Shown here piece after piece: positions 51,721 through 64,000 of a DNA stretch of 64,000 nucleotides. The notes below the pieces were generated by a model. It was not told the DNA's origin. It saw only the letters and a program-made list of their open reading frames with translations, and did no database searches. The translations under genes were made by a program, and so were the position numbers. Source of the stretch: Octopus sinensis. Taxonomy: Eukaryota. The DNA is taken from the NCBI RefSeq assembly GCF_006345805.1, contig NC_043020.1, positions 25,296,001 to 25,360,000 on the forward strand. Reading direction: 5' to 3'. Numbering within the stretch: the first letter of the stretch is position 1; each line of letters starts with the position of its first letter.

Positions 51721-52399
51721 ATAAATACGCCACAGGGTCAGGGAAAGAGGCCTTATGAGCTTAGAAATCAGTAGGGACACTTGATCTTTTCATATCTACC
51801 TATCTACCTATCTATAAATATGCGTGTGTATGTGTATGTGTGTGTTAGTGTGTCTATATGTATGTGTGTATGTATGTATGTATGTATGTATGTATGTATG
51901 TATGTATGTATGTATGTATGTATGTATGTATGCATGTATCGCTCTCAGAATCGGCTGCGCTATGATGACATAGGGATTGATTCCTAATGTCAGTTTCTTC
52001 CAGACAGCTACTTCTTTTCCATCGCTTTGGTCGCCGACGATCGGGAGGAATACAACACAAGTCGATGAGGATTCGGATAAAGTAAGCCATTAGACAAACT
52101 ACGAATTATACGAAGAATTATGTGGAAATAGTGGCGTCGATGATGGTGGTGATGGTGGTGGTGGTGGTGGTGGTGATGATGGTGATGATGATGATGGTGG
52201 TGTTTCGGCGAAAACTTTAGAAGGAAAAATATAAAAGTAAAACAAAAAAAAAACACAAATTCGGAATTTTTTGATTCGTCTTTTCATTTCCTGTTGTAAA
52301 CTGACAGCTAAAATAGTAACTATCGAAGACTTCACAATAGTTAGTCAAAATGTACTATTAAGGTACATGTGTGTGTGTATGTGTGTGTGCGTGTGTATG

Positions 52400-52442
<43 letters not shown>

Positions 52443-52725
52443 ACATGTACATGTATACATATATCTATATATACATGCATGTTTATATATATGTATATAT
52501 ACATATGTTTATATATATATAAATGTATATATATATATATTATATATACATATACACACATACGTAGATGTATATATGCATATATATGTATATATTCATA
52601 CATATACATATACATGCATGCACAGGCATACACGCTCATGACCATATACACATACTTATACATACAGGCATAAGCATACATACTTGTATACACATGCATA
52701 CACACATACATGAATACATACATAC

Positions 52726-52836
52726 GTTTGGGTCGTTGTTTCGGTGAGGGTGGGGACATTTCTCTCCGAGCGTTGTTCTACACTTCCCTCTAATGTCTCC
52801 TTAAATTTCGGATTTGACTGTCCTACATTATCTTCC
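52726..52836 (-). other. Candidate 111-nt symmetric (phase 2/2) coding exon of an unidentified host gene
   Basis: CTAAC branch point, ttgttgtAG acceptor, GTATGT donor; one open frame EDNVGQSNPKFKETLEGSVEQRSERNVPTLTETTTQ. No homology recognised. Confidence 0.3.
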
Positions 52837-55119
52837 CTACAACAAATGTTAGAGAATACACACACATACACACTCGCACCGTGACACACACACAAACAAA
52901 CATATAGATATATGTATGTATTGATAGAAAGGTGCATATATATATATATATTATTATGTATGCCCATGAACGTATGTATATACGTGTGTATGCATATGTG
53001 CATACATGCATACAACATGTATATATGCAAGCTGAGAGAATGCGAGATTCCAATTTATCAATTTATTTCAAATAGTACCATTGCTTCTAGTGCCGCTGCT
53101 GGTGCTGCTGATGATGATGATGAGGAGGAGGAGGAGGAGGAGGAGGAGGGTGAGGAAGAGGAAGAGGAGGAGGAGGAGGAGGACAGCGATGGCGGCGATG
53201 AGAGCAAAATCTAATGAATCTCACAAACCATTATCCTCCTTAAATATCGCCAGCACCCTCGCCACCTTGTAACTAACAGCACGACTATAGCCACCACCAT
53301 CGCCATCACCGGTACCATCACCACCTCCACAACCACCACCACTATTATCACTACTTCCACCTCCACTGCAAACACCACAACCATCAACACCACCACCCCA
53401 ATACATTCCCCTCGCCACAATATATATATGTTAAAGTCTCCACTGCAAATAGTGACGTTGTAGTCTGGTAGTCTTGGTTTTAATTACTGCCGACATTTCA
53501 ATAGAAGTTAAATTGAGTCTCCAAGACTTCACTGAGAAATTCCTTCACAAATGAACAGATCTGCTTCTTCTCTCTGTTGCTTTCAACTGTACGAGTGCGC
53601 GCGCGTGTGTCTGTGTATGTGTAAACGCGTTTGAAGGTGTCTGTGACGTTATGCACAGACACACATACATACATACACACACACATACACGCATGCACAC
53701 ATACATACATACACACACACATACTACACATACATACATACATACATACATACACACACACCTTACACACATACACACAACTACATACCACACATACATA
53801 CATACACCCATACATACATACACACATACATACACGCACAACCCACTACACACAACACAATACACATATACACACACATATACTTACATACACTCTACGG
53901 ACATACATACACACAGACATACACACATACACACTCACACATACATACTACATACACACACACATACCTACATACACACTCGCATGCACACGCACACACA
54001 TGCATGTTCGCGCGCGCACGCACACATACATACATGCATACACGCATGCCTGTGGGGTCTGGCTTTATTTCGGGCGTACGTCTGGGCGTGTGCGTGTGTG
54101 CCTGTAGATTCGCATGCGCCCGCACCGAGAGTTTTTTCCATCAATTTTTCAGTTGCGAAGTGTGTCCTTGCATGCATATATATACACACATATAAACATA
54201 TAAACCCCTACATTTGTACACACACGCACATACATACATACATTCACTCCCACGCACGAACACACACACACATTTACATATATATACAATACCCACACAC
54301 ACACACATACACACGTACAAACACACACTAATTCACATACACACCGACACATATACATACACACAACATATACCTCCACGCGCACGCACACATACACATA
54401 CATACACACATATAAGCACACACACACATACATACGCACACAAAAACATGCGCACACATACGCACGCACACGCGCAAAAGAAACTCACACCCAACGGATA
54501 CACGCATATACATCCATTACGCTTACACACACACACACATACAAACGCACACATACACACACACACAACTACACGCACATACATACACACGCACACACAC
54601 ACAAATGAACCCACACATACATCCCATACGGCACACACCATACATACACGCACATACAACATACACGCACATAATCATACATACGTATATATACACTCAC
54701 ACGCACGTACACACAAAACACACGCACACATACACTAAGTTAAGCACAGTTACTCGCATACACACAAAAAACCGCTACGTACACACACACACATACTACA
54801 ACAAAACACACACCGCCACACGATACCTATCACGCACACACACATACCTCCCTGTTTCTGACCTGCCTTTCTGACTTCTAGGGTACCCCCACACCACTCC
54901 TTAATTCTACTACTGCCTACTACTACCATTGTCCACATACACACACATACACACACCACCACGCACACACTCACACACACACCCCTTATCATCTCGCACA
55001 CCTTTTTTACCATTCTTCTTTGATTCAACTATCTTTTTTTAAAAACATTTTCCTCCTTTTTTACCACTTCCGTCTTTTTAGTATGTGACCTCGTGAATAC
55101 TACCTGCAATTTTTTTTCT

Positions 55120-55280
55120 CTGTCCTCCCGTCTCGGGATCTTTCTTTCTCCTATGTTTCCGACAAAGAGCTCCGCTCGAAACGTCAGACCCTCCTTCTTC
55201 CCATCTTCCTGAGCGTCATAATACTTTATTTGTCCACATCCTTGCGTGTTGTCTTTTTGTTTCTTCTGTTTGGATTAACT
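55120..55280 (+). mobile_element. Penelope-pLTR-like fragment with degenerate minimal hammerhead
   Basis: gagc-tcc-gctc-gaaacgtcag (55167-55187), then ttcctgagcgtcataatac, then (TA)n. Confidence 0.55.
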
Positions 55281-55281
55281 T

Positions 55282-55312
<31 letters not shown>

Positions 55313-55401
55313 TATTTATTTATTTATTAGTACACTTTTGATATCCATGCATAAATATATGTATATGTTTGTGTGTATTATGTGTACATACCACATATAT
55401 A

Positions 55402-55463
<62 letters not shown>

Positions 55464-56035
55464 AATATATCATATATATCTATATATATATATATATATT
55501 ATTTAAAATAACAATTTCATTCGATTTAATGCAACTTAAGTTTCGTAGGTTCGTCAGGGAGTGTTTCGTCAGGATTGTAGAAACCGAATGAGGCAAGACT
55601 AAGATGGCTTTTGGAAGTTGAGCCGCTGTTGGTCAACGCAGGTCACATTTGGTAGCAACATCAATTCCACTATGTATTCCAAATTGTCCGGACCACGTTC
55701 GAGGACAGAATGTTGATGGTAACACGTTGTCTGGAAAGTGGGATGTGGTTTATTAGCGTCATCGATTTGTTGATGTGTGTGTGTGTGTGCGTGTATGTCT
55801 GACGTGCTCACCGAGTTTTTTTACAACCCAGAAAGCATTCTGCATTATCAGTGAATTCATTATTCCCTGTGTCTTATATAGACAGGCAAAAATTTCATTG
55901 AAGCAGACGACAAATAGCTATATGTTATTGACAAGTCCTCAAGAAGGGCGAAACGCTGCAACGATGTTCATTTCTTTTCGACATATATTGAGAGAAAGAA
56001 CGAGTTAGACAAAGGGACAGCGGTGAATGACGAGA

Positions 56036-56039
56036 AGGA

Positions 56040-56075
<36 letters not shown>

Positions 56076-56184
56076 AAACGAAACAAAGAGGGAAGGAGCG
56101 AACGAACGAAAGAAAGAAGAAAGAAAGAAAGAAAGAAGGAAAACGAAACAAAGAGGGAAGGAACGAGCGAACGAACGTAAAAAA

Positions 56185-56217
<33 letters not shown>

Positions 56218-56387
56218 AGGAAAACGAAACAAAGAGGGAAGGAACGAACGAATGAACGAAAGAAAGAAAGAAAGAAAGAAAACGAAACAAAGAGGGAAGG
56301 TACGAACGAACGAACGAACGAAAGAAAGAAAGAAAGAAAGAAAGAAAGAAGGAAAACGAAACAAAGAGGGAAGGAAGGAACGAACGA

Positions 56388-56427
<40 letters not shown>

Positions 56428-56430
56428 GAT
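56036..56430. repeat. (GAAA)n/(GAAC)n array with 5 copies of a 23-bp anchor
   Basis: GAAAACGAAACAAAGAGGGAAGG at 56074, 56139, 56220, 56278 and 56352. Confidence 0.9.
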
Positions 56431-57043
56431 GTGAGGTGGGTTTAGAGATAATGAAGAATGGAGAAGTGAAGAATATGAGATTGGAGAGGAAGAAAATCGA
56501 AATGGTGGAGAGGTAAAATATAAGGAAGATTGAATGTATTTTGGCAAGGAGATTTCAACAAACGGAGACAATGAAAGATTGATAAAATATTGAAGTTTAT
56601 TTAGAATGTTTATTGACGATATAGAACATCTGTGAGTGGATGTGTGTGGATGTTTGTATATATGCGACATAGACACCACACACACGCACCTATATGTATA
56701 TATATATATATATATATGGTTTTATATGTACGTTTTTTTGTTGAAACGATGTTTGCGTCTTCTATCACTTTCCAATTCAAACACGATACCTTTCTATCTA
56801 ACTGCTTTATATATATATGGTGTGTGTGTGTGTATTAGAGAGACAGACAGACATACAGATAAATAAGTAAGTAGGTAGGTAGGTAGGTAGGTAGGTAGGT
56901 AGGTAGGTAGGTAAGTAGGTAGGTAGATAAAAAGATAGATGCATATATGTATAATAAAGAAATAAATGGGATAGCTATCACCTTATACAGCACAACTAAT
57001 TAGCGCTCTAATAGAGCATCAGGTTTTATATCTATGTGTAGAT

Positions 57044-57094
<51 letters not shown>

Positions 57095-57171
57095 TGATAG
57101 ATAGATAGATAGATATGCATATAAATATATAGATATATATGCACACACATATATATAAATAGATTAATATG

Positions 57172-57202
<31 letters not shown>

Positions 57203-57231
57203 CACTTATATATATGCATATTGATATATAC

Positions 57232-57267
<36 letters not shown>

Positions 57268-57302
57268 GTGATATATATATATATATATACGTGTATATAT
57301 AT

Positions 57303-57336
<34 letters not shown>

Positions 57337-57386
57337 ACACATACACACACATATACTCATATATATATATATAAATATACTCACAC

Positions 57387-57434
<48 letters not shown>

Positions 57435-57631
57435 TGGTGCAACGAGCGAAGGAAAGAGGAAGTAGAAATGTGCTTGAGTTGGTTGTGAATGTAAGAATTG
57501 TCTGAATCTTTTGGCCTCAGTCTTTAATCAAACAGAAATATATTAAACTGTTGACAACACAATTCAAACAAAACAACCACAATTCTGACTACTACTACTA
57601 CTACCACCACCACCACTACTACTAATTCTAT

Positions 57632-57673
<42 letters not shown>

Positions 57674-57675
<2 letters not shown>

Positions 57676-57878
57676 TTCAAATGTTAGCACAAAACCAGCA
57701 GCTTCGTGAAGGTGGATGTGTAGATGGAGGTTTCTAGTACTCGACTGGTGTTTGTTTCATGACCTTCCGAAAGGATGAAAGGCAAGATGGTGGCTGCGAG
57801 ATTTGAACTCGAAGCACCAAGAAAGAGTTCGAAAGAAATTTTATCGACGACGCATTTAGCAATTCTGCCAGTTCGCTG
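57674..57878 (-). mobile_element. tRNA-derived SINE, family A (diverged)
   Basis: Reverse complement begins cagcgaactggcagaattgcta, has gagttcaaatc, ends aacatttgaaac. Confidence 0.7.
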
Positions 57879-58268
57879 ATGATGATGGTGACGATGACGA
57901 TGACGATGATGATGACGATGATGATGATGATGATGATGATGATGAGGATGAGGATGATGATGACGACGACGACGACGACGGTGATGACGACGACGACGAC
58001 GATGATGATGACGATTATGATGATGACGATGATTGTGACGATGATGGTGATGATTTTGGTGATGATGATGGTGATGATGATAACGATGAGGATGATGATA
58101 ATGGTGGTTGTGGTGGTGGAGGTGGTGATGATGATGGTGGTGATGTCGATGATAATGTTGAAGACAACCTCGACGACTACAGCGATGATTATGTAGGTGA
58201 TGATGATAATGATGATGAGGATGATGATGAGGAGGATGAGGATGATGATGATGATGATGATGATGATG
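57879..58268. repeat. (GAT)n/(GAC)n/(GGT)n compound trinucleotide array
   Basis: Seen directly; source of the His-rich and Met-rich pseudo-ORFs. Confidence 0.95.
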
Positions 58269-60079
58269 TTCATTACATGATCTTATTAAAAAGTGACCTT
58301 GCCAAACCAAAGGATGATGGGACAAAGACAGAGAAAGCTTAATGACTTCCTGATGTACCTAAGTGGTATTTGACTTCAATGAAGTGGGTCAGTACTAAAC
58401 GGGAAACCGCGTGTATCAATGATATAATAAGAGTCACTCGGTCATTCTGTGTTAAGAGCCTTCTGTTACAATAAAGGTAAGAGAAGCACCAAGAAAGCCT
58501 CCACACAGCAAATGGACTTCTCAAGAGGCGACACAACACGACCCCAAAGCGAGTGAACGCTTAAACATCAAAAATATGTAAAGAAAAGTGGTCTTGTGTA
58601 TGAGTGTGTGTCTGTGTGAAAGAGAGAGAGAGAGAGAGTGAGTATGTGTGTGTGTGTGTATACTTACAAACACACGTGTATATATATATTTACACACACA
58701 TATACATTTACATACATATATATGTATGTATACATGTATATATAAACATATAGATATGTATTTATATAAATATAAATATATGTGTGTTTATATATATATA
58801 TATATATGTACGCATATATGTATATATATATATGTGTGTATATATGCATATATATATACATACATATATGTACACACATGCATACACACATACACACATA
58901 CAGACATGTATGCATGCATACATACATACATACATACATAAATACATACATACATACATACATACATACATACATACATACATACATACATACGTAGAAG
59001 ACATCCAACACGATTTTTAAAATGTCCTTGCGACCTCCTGGGTTATAAAGGACTAAAAATAAAAAAAGAACGAAGACTTTTGAGTATCTAAGTGGTGTTT
59101 ATCTCAATAAACGCGTCCAGAACAAAGCTGACGCCATATATCAGTAATATTTTGGCATTCAGTCCCGTTCGGCAGCCATATTGTCTGCTATAAAATTCCT
59201 TGCACAATTCTCCGACCATTTACGCTTCCAGGAATACAATTGTGGTATCGGACGATATTGGTTGAAATCTAGAAAGTTCGTTTAAATAACCTGTCAAAAG
59301 AGCTCGTAATCTCGTACAGACGATAATTGCTGTGAGACGTAAGTTTTTCTATTCGATATAGCTTTCCCATTATGTCTTGTTTTATGCAGCGATTTTTAGA
59401 TATTTGTTCTTTTACAACAACAGCGACGACGACGACGACGACATGAGCAACAACAATAATAACAAGTATTATATATCGACATCGACAATAGAAATATTAA
59501 TCAAAAACAGGAACGGAAACTGCTACAACAACTACTATAACCCCACCACCACCACCACCGCCGCTGCTGCTGCTAACGCTTATACAACGACGGTGACATC
59601 GACAACTACAACAACCACAATAGCAGTAATAATTACAACTTTAATAACAAACGTTATGTATTCAATAAGGAGGAGGAGAGGGACAAAAGTGATGATGGTG
59701 ATAATGAGTATGATGATGATGGTGGTGGTGTTTATGGTGGTGGTAGTAGTAGTAGAGGTGGTGGTGGTTGTGGCGGCGGCGGCGGCGGCGGCGGCGATAG
59801 TATCGACGGCGACCATGTATATGTCAGTAATAATGATGACGGTGGTGGTTGATACTTAAAGTATTGAATTGACTCCAGTGCTTGACTGGTCCTTATTTTA
59901 TCAACCTCGGAAAGATTAAAGGGACTGTCGACTCCGGTGGCATTTGAATGTATTTATGTACTGCAGCCCCCACTTCGCATCCCCAGATTTTCAGTTATAT
60001 TTGAACATCTCTTCACCTTCACTTACCCTGGGGCTCAGCTTATAACCCGGCAAATGATTGCATCAAACATGCAGATTAA

Positions 60080-60150
<71 letters not shown>

Positions 60151-60189
60151 TAAGAAGAAGAAGAAGAAGAAGAAGAAGAGAAGAAGAAG

Positions 60190-60223
<34 letters not shown>

Positions 60224-60259
60224 GCAACAACAATAATAATAACAACAGCAACAAACAAC

Positions 60260-60291
<32 letters not shown>

Positions 60292-60295
<4 letters not shown>

Positions 60296-60845
60296 GCCCT
60301 GATGCAGAACCAGGCAGTGGCTCTCATGGCTTCTGATCTTAACTGATTGGAAGTGTTATCATGTACATTGTTTTGTCTTCGTATAAAAGATGGGCTACAG
60401 CAAATATTCCGCTCAATATTACAGATTTACTTGTTAGTTGTTTGACTTTAACCAGTAGAGCATTTCCCTTGGTGGCTGACGACATGTGCATCACTAATCA
60501 TGAGCAGAAGTAGTGGGGGAGCATCATAGCCATGTGTTGAAAGGAATTCTTCGAGGTTTGGATAATTCACTTTTGGAAACATGGGTGATTCGTTCAACAT
60601 CCTTAAACAATCCTTATTCAGGGACCTTTTGAGCAGGATGGGCTACTCGACCAGAAGATATGTCTGGGCCCCACCTGCAAGGTGATGCACTGTCTATCTT
60701 GATATGAGATCACCATGTCGCGCTCGTATGGTTGTGATGCATGTGCCTGGTGTACCCTTATCAGGCGGGTAGTCCTGATGGGTATACTGGGTTTCGTATA
60801 TTTTACCCCAGTGTCACTTTGATGTCATGCACTGCCCTCTCACTC
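60292..60845 (+). mobile_element. ~550-bp (AAT)n-flanked non-coding element, copy 3
   Basis: Colinear with copies 1 and 2 but more diverged. Confidence 0.85.
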
Positions 60846-60904
<59 letters not shown>

Positions 60905-60924
60905 TGATGATAATAATAATAATA

Positions 60925-61400
60925 AAGTCCCAGAAAACGAGAAAGCAACCATACTCTGGGATATACACACAGATAGAGAAATTTTAGGCCAATAGGTCAG
61001 ATGTAGTTGTCTGAGATCAGGAAAAAAATGCTTTTTAATTGATGTATCAATACCAGCAGATGACACCGTTTCTCTAAAAGAAATGGAGAAACTTTCAAAA
61101 TACAAAGACCTAGAAATAGAGGTAACTCGAATGTGGAGTCTAAAAGCAGAAACAATTCCTATCATAGTAGGCGCATTAGGTATGATCAAAAATATTCAAA
61201 TACATAACAAAAACACCAGGACTTACAAATATATACAACATACAGAAAATTGCACTACTGGGCACTGCACACATCCTACGCAAAACACTTTCAATACAGT
61301 AACCATAAGAGCATCACAACAAACCACAGCACATAGCCAAGGCACACAGAGCTGCGCTCGGTAGTGAAGTGAAAGCACGATATAAAAATAAAACTATTGA
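60925..61400 (+). mobile_element. R4/Dong 3' fragment (RLE domain + 3' UTR) in (TAA)n
   Basis: VPENEKATILWD..HTDREI; MEKLSKYKDLEIEVTRMWSLKAETIPIIVGALGMIK. 3' UTR gcacacagagctgcgctcggtagtgaagtgaaagcacg as at 25957. Confidence 0.9.
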
Positions 61401-61444
61401 ATAATAATAACAATAGTAATAATAATAATAATGATAATAATAAC

Positions 61445-61511
<67 letters not shown>

Positions 61512-61513
<2 letters not shown>

Positions 61514-61990
61514 GTGCCAGAATTTGAGATTTGAAGCTGGAAACACATGATACAATCACCGAGTCGGTCTAAAGAGTACTGGAGTCGGAGAAATGTAAGA
61601 TTTTGTGGGACTTTCCTATTCAAATGGACAAGAAGTTAGCAAATAATAGACCAGATATAACGACTTTAGATAAGGAAAAGCGATGTTACTTACTAATTGA
61701 CCCGTTTGATTCCAGGAGTGTAAAGAAAATTTGAAGAATTTGGAGCATGAGAACAGTAAAGTTCGTTCCTATAATAATGGGAGGAGTAAGCATAGATAGA
61801 GGCAAATGGCTGAAGGAGATTGGAATAGAAAAATCCCGGCAGAGCTCCTACAGATAGTTTGTCTTTTAGGGACAGGAAGGGATATCAGAATTTAAAAGAC
61901 AGCTGAAAACTTGTGGATACCTAAGGTTGCAGGTAGTAACCCCCTACCTACATAAATCCTATCGGGAATAAGACCAAACCTGAGACAAAC
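61512..61990 (+). mobile_element. Second, more diverged R4/Dong-like RLE fragment in (TAA)n
   Basis: SEKCKILWDFPIQMDKKLANNRPDITTLDKEKRCYLLID...WSMRTVKFVPIIMGG; different 3' UTR. Confidence 0.75.
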
Positions 61991-61991
61991 C

Positions 61992-62052
<61 letters not shown>

Positions 62053-62082
62053 GTGATGATGATGATGAGGAGGAGGAGGAGG

Positions 62083-62870
62083 ATGTTTTACGTAAGGGGG
62101 CCGAAGGGACAAGTAGGGTTTAGCACAAAACTTTGTGTATAAAATTGAAGCAAGAACACTTAATAAAATTCCCCAAAAGGAGGGGTTGTTCCGCCCAGAA
62201 ACAACTGACGAACTCCACACATCCTAGCTACCTCGACTTCCAGGGACACTTCAGTAGGTGCGTCTCTCCTCAATTCCTCCGGTTTACAAACGTATGCTTA
62301 GAGTAAGCCCATTCACGCGGGCCATTCTCATCACATTCATACAACTGTCAATAAAAATATTGGTCCCTCCCCATCCTCACTTTCCTTCTCAAGTGGAATT
62401 TGAAAAAGCCGATGTGGGCTTGGGCGAAGAGGAGCGTATCTGTCTTTAACTCTTTCAACTTCGTCCACGACACTGTCCTCTTTGCCATGGTCATCAGACA
62501 GAGGAAAACTACCTTCCCTTCTCGATGAAAAGAAGTCATTGGAGCGATCTTAACGATGGACACGGCTAATAACTGGATCTATCCTACACGTGCCAAGAGC
62601 TGTTCGACAAAACTCCACACGTCAGCAATGACCGGACACTGGACAAGTGCATGAAAAACGGTTTCGTCGCCCTGCGTACATCTTGGACAGGTCCGTCTGT
62701 CAGCACTTACATGCCTGTCAAGCTTGTCTCGACCGGCTATGCGTCCCAGTAGCACTGCCAGGCCAGGGATTTCTGGAAATTATCCATAGGTCCCGGCCCG
62801 AAAGTCCTCCGGAAAAGACCAGCTAATTTATCTGTCCTTATACCCAGGGTTCCCCCAGGACGTCGTCACT
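62083..62870 (-). mobile_element. L1/Tx1-like LINE 3' fragment (ORF2 C-terminal CCHC finger + 3' UTR)
   Basis: PVRDKLDRH...TCPRCTQGDETVFHALVQCPVIADVWSFVEQLLARV and SIVKIAP...FLCLMTMAK...FFKFHLRRKVR. Confidence 0.75.
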
Positions 62871-62874
62871 CTGC

Positions 62875-63226
62875 ATTCTAATCGATGTACCAATTTTAAC
62901 AGATGTATCTCTAAAAGAGACAAGGAAACTCTCAAGATATAAAGATTTTGTAATAGAGATGACTCGAAAGTGAACCCTAAAACAGAAACAATCCCTATAA
63001 TAATAGGTGCATCAGGTATGATTAAAAAGGATACAAATACATAGCCAAAAACCAGGTCTTACGAATATAACATACAGAAAATAGCCCTACTAGGCACCGC
63101 ACACATCCTGCATGGAGCACTTTCAATACAGCGAGAGTAACAACACCAAAACAAACCACAGCACATGTCCAACGCACACAGAGCTGCGCTCGGCAGTGAA
63201 AGCTCGTGATGAAAATAAGACTACTG
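62875..63226 (+). mobile_element. R4/Dong 3' fragment
   Basis: KLSRYKDF..E.TR...KTETIPIIIGASGMIKK; same 3' UTR ending actactga then (ATA)n/(AAG)n. Confidence 0.85.
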
Positions 63227-63519
63227 AATAATAATGAGAGAGAAGAGAAGAAGAAGAAGAAGAAGAGAAGAAGAGAAGAAGAAGAAGAAAGAAGAAGAAG
63301 AAGAAGAAGAAGAAGAGAAGAAGAAGAAAAGAAAAGAAGAAGAAGAAGAAGAAGAAGAAGAGAAGAAAAGAAGAAGAAGAAGAAAGAAGAAGAAGAAGAA
63401 GAAGAATACGTCGGCATTATATAAGTGGTACAAGTATCGTCCTGAAGCTGTAACTGAGAGAGAAAATGTACAGAGAGAATTATCAAAGCTAATAAACCCG
63501 ATATCGTTAAGAAAGACCA

Positions 63520-63735
63520 AAACAGTAAAGTTTGTTTATTGATCGACAAGAGTACTCCTTGTGCTCATAATATCTTGGTAAGCTCAGAAAATATAAAGAC
63601 TTGATCATTGAAATCGAAAACAAGGTAGCATCTCAAGATGGTTACAATACCAAGGATTGTAGGAGCATTTGGAATGATCAAAAAGGGAGCCGAAAGTTAT
63701 TTGAGAATAATCCCTGGTTTACCATCCTTGCAATG
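63520..63735 (+). mobile_element. Decayed R4/Dong RLE fragment
   Basis: CLLID..; KYKDLIIEIE; LKMVTIPRIVGAFGMIKKGAESYLRIIPGLP. Confidence 0.6.
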
Positions 63736-64000
63736 TGTCAGCAAGGATGGCAAGCCTTCATTCAGAACTCCATTGTTGCTGTGAGAACGATTACAACCTA
63801 TGTAATTTTTTTTACTGTCTTTTTTCTTGCTTTTTCTTCCCCCCACCTTTTTTTTTTACTTTCACATAACTTGTCTTTGTAAATGAAGAATCTGGTGTGT
63901 TAATTTTAATGGCTTACCAATGTATACAGTGAGTTTCTGTGCTCTTGGTGTCAGTAAGAAATGGAAACAAAATTGAAATAATAATAACTAGCATTATGAC

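Noticed and set aside
56023-56445. Lys/Glu/Arg-rich ORFs, and a repeat-spacer pattern superficially like CRISPR
   Set aside because: (GAAA)n-derived; spacers are not unique and there are no cas genes.
57684-58325. 213-aa His-rich ORF resembling cephalopod His-rich beak proteins
   Set aside because: It is a (CAT/CAC/CGT)n array fused to a SINE; all frames are low-complexity.

Overview
AT-rich, microsatellite-saturated animal genomic DNA. The repeat content (tRNA-derived SINE families; long (TA)n, (TATG)n, (GATA)n and (AAT)n tracts) looks like a cephalopod/octopus genome; this is inference from remembered repeat families, not a database match. No host gene can be called with confidence, and almost all of the ORF track is microsatellite read-through. 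Supportable content: (i) a CR1-group LINE with an uninterrupted 821-codon ORF2, cut by the window edge; (ii) a 5'-truncated Penelope-like element (RT + GIY-YIG) with an inverted terminal repeat; (iii) about seven R4/Dong-type fragments (CCHC and/or restriction-like endonuclease), most next to (TAA)n tracts; (iv) RTE, L1/Tx1, Tc1 and hAT relics; (v) many SINEs; (vi) three copies of a ~550-bp non-coding element flanked by (AAT)n. The most notable observation is a 137-bp perfect foldback at 31487-31623. It encodes a type I hammerhead ribozyme fold on each strand, and several related foldback or degenerate-hammerhead elements occur elsewhere in the window. Boundaries of decayed repeats are approximate (about +/-10-30 bp); coordinates of perfect inverted repeats were counted by hand.
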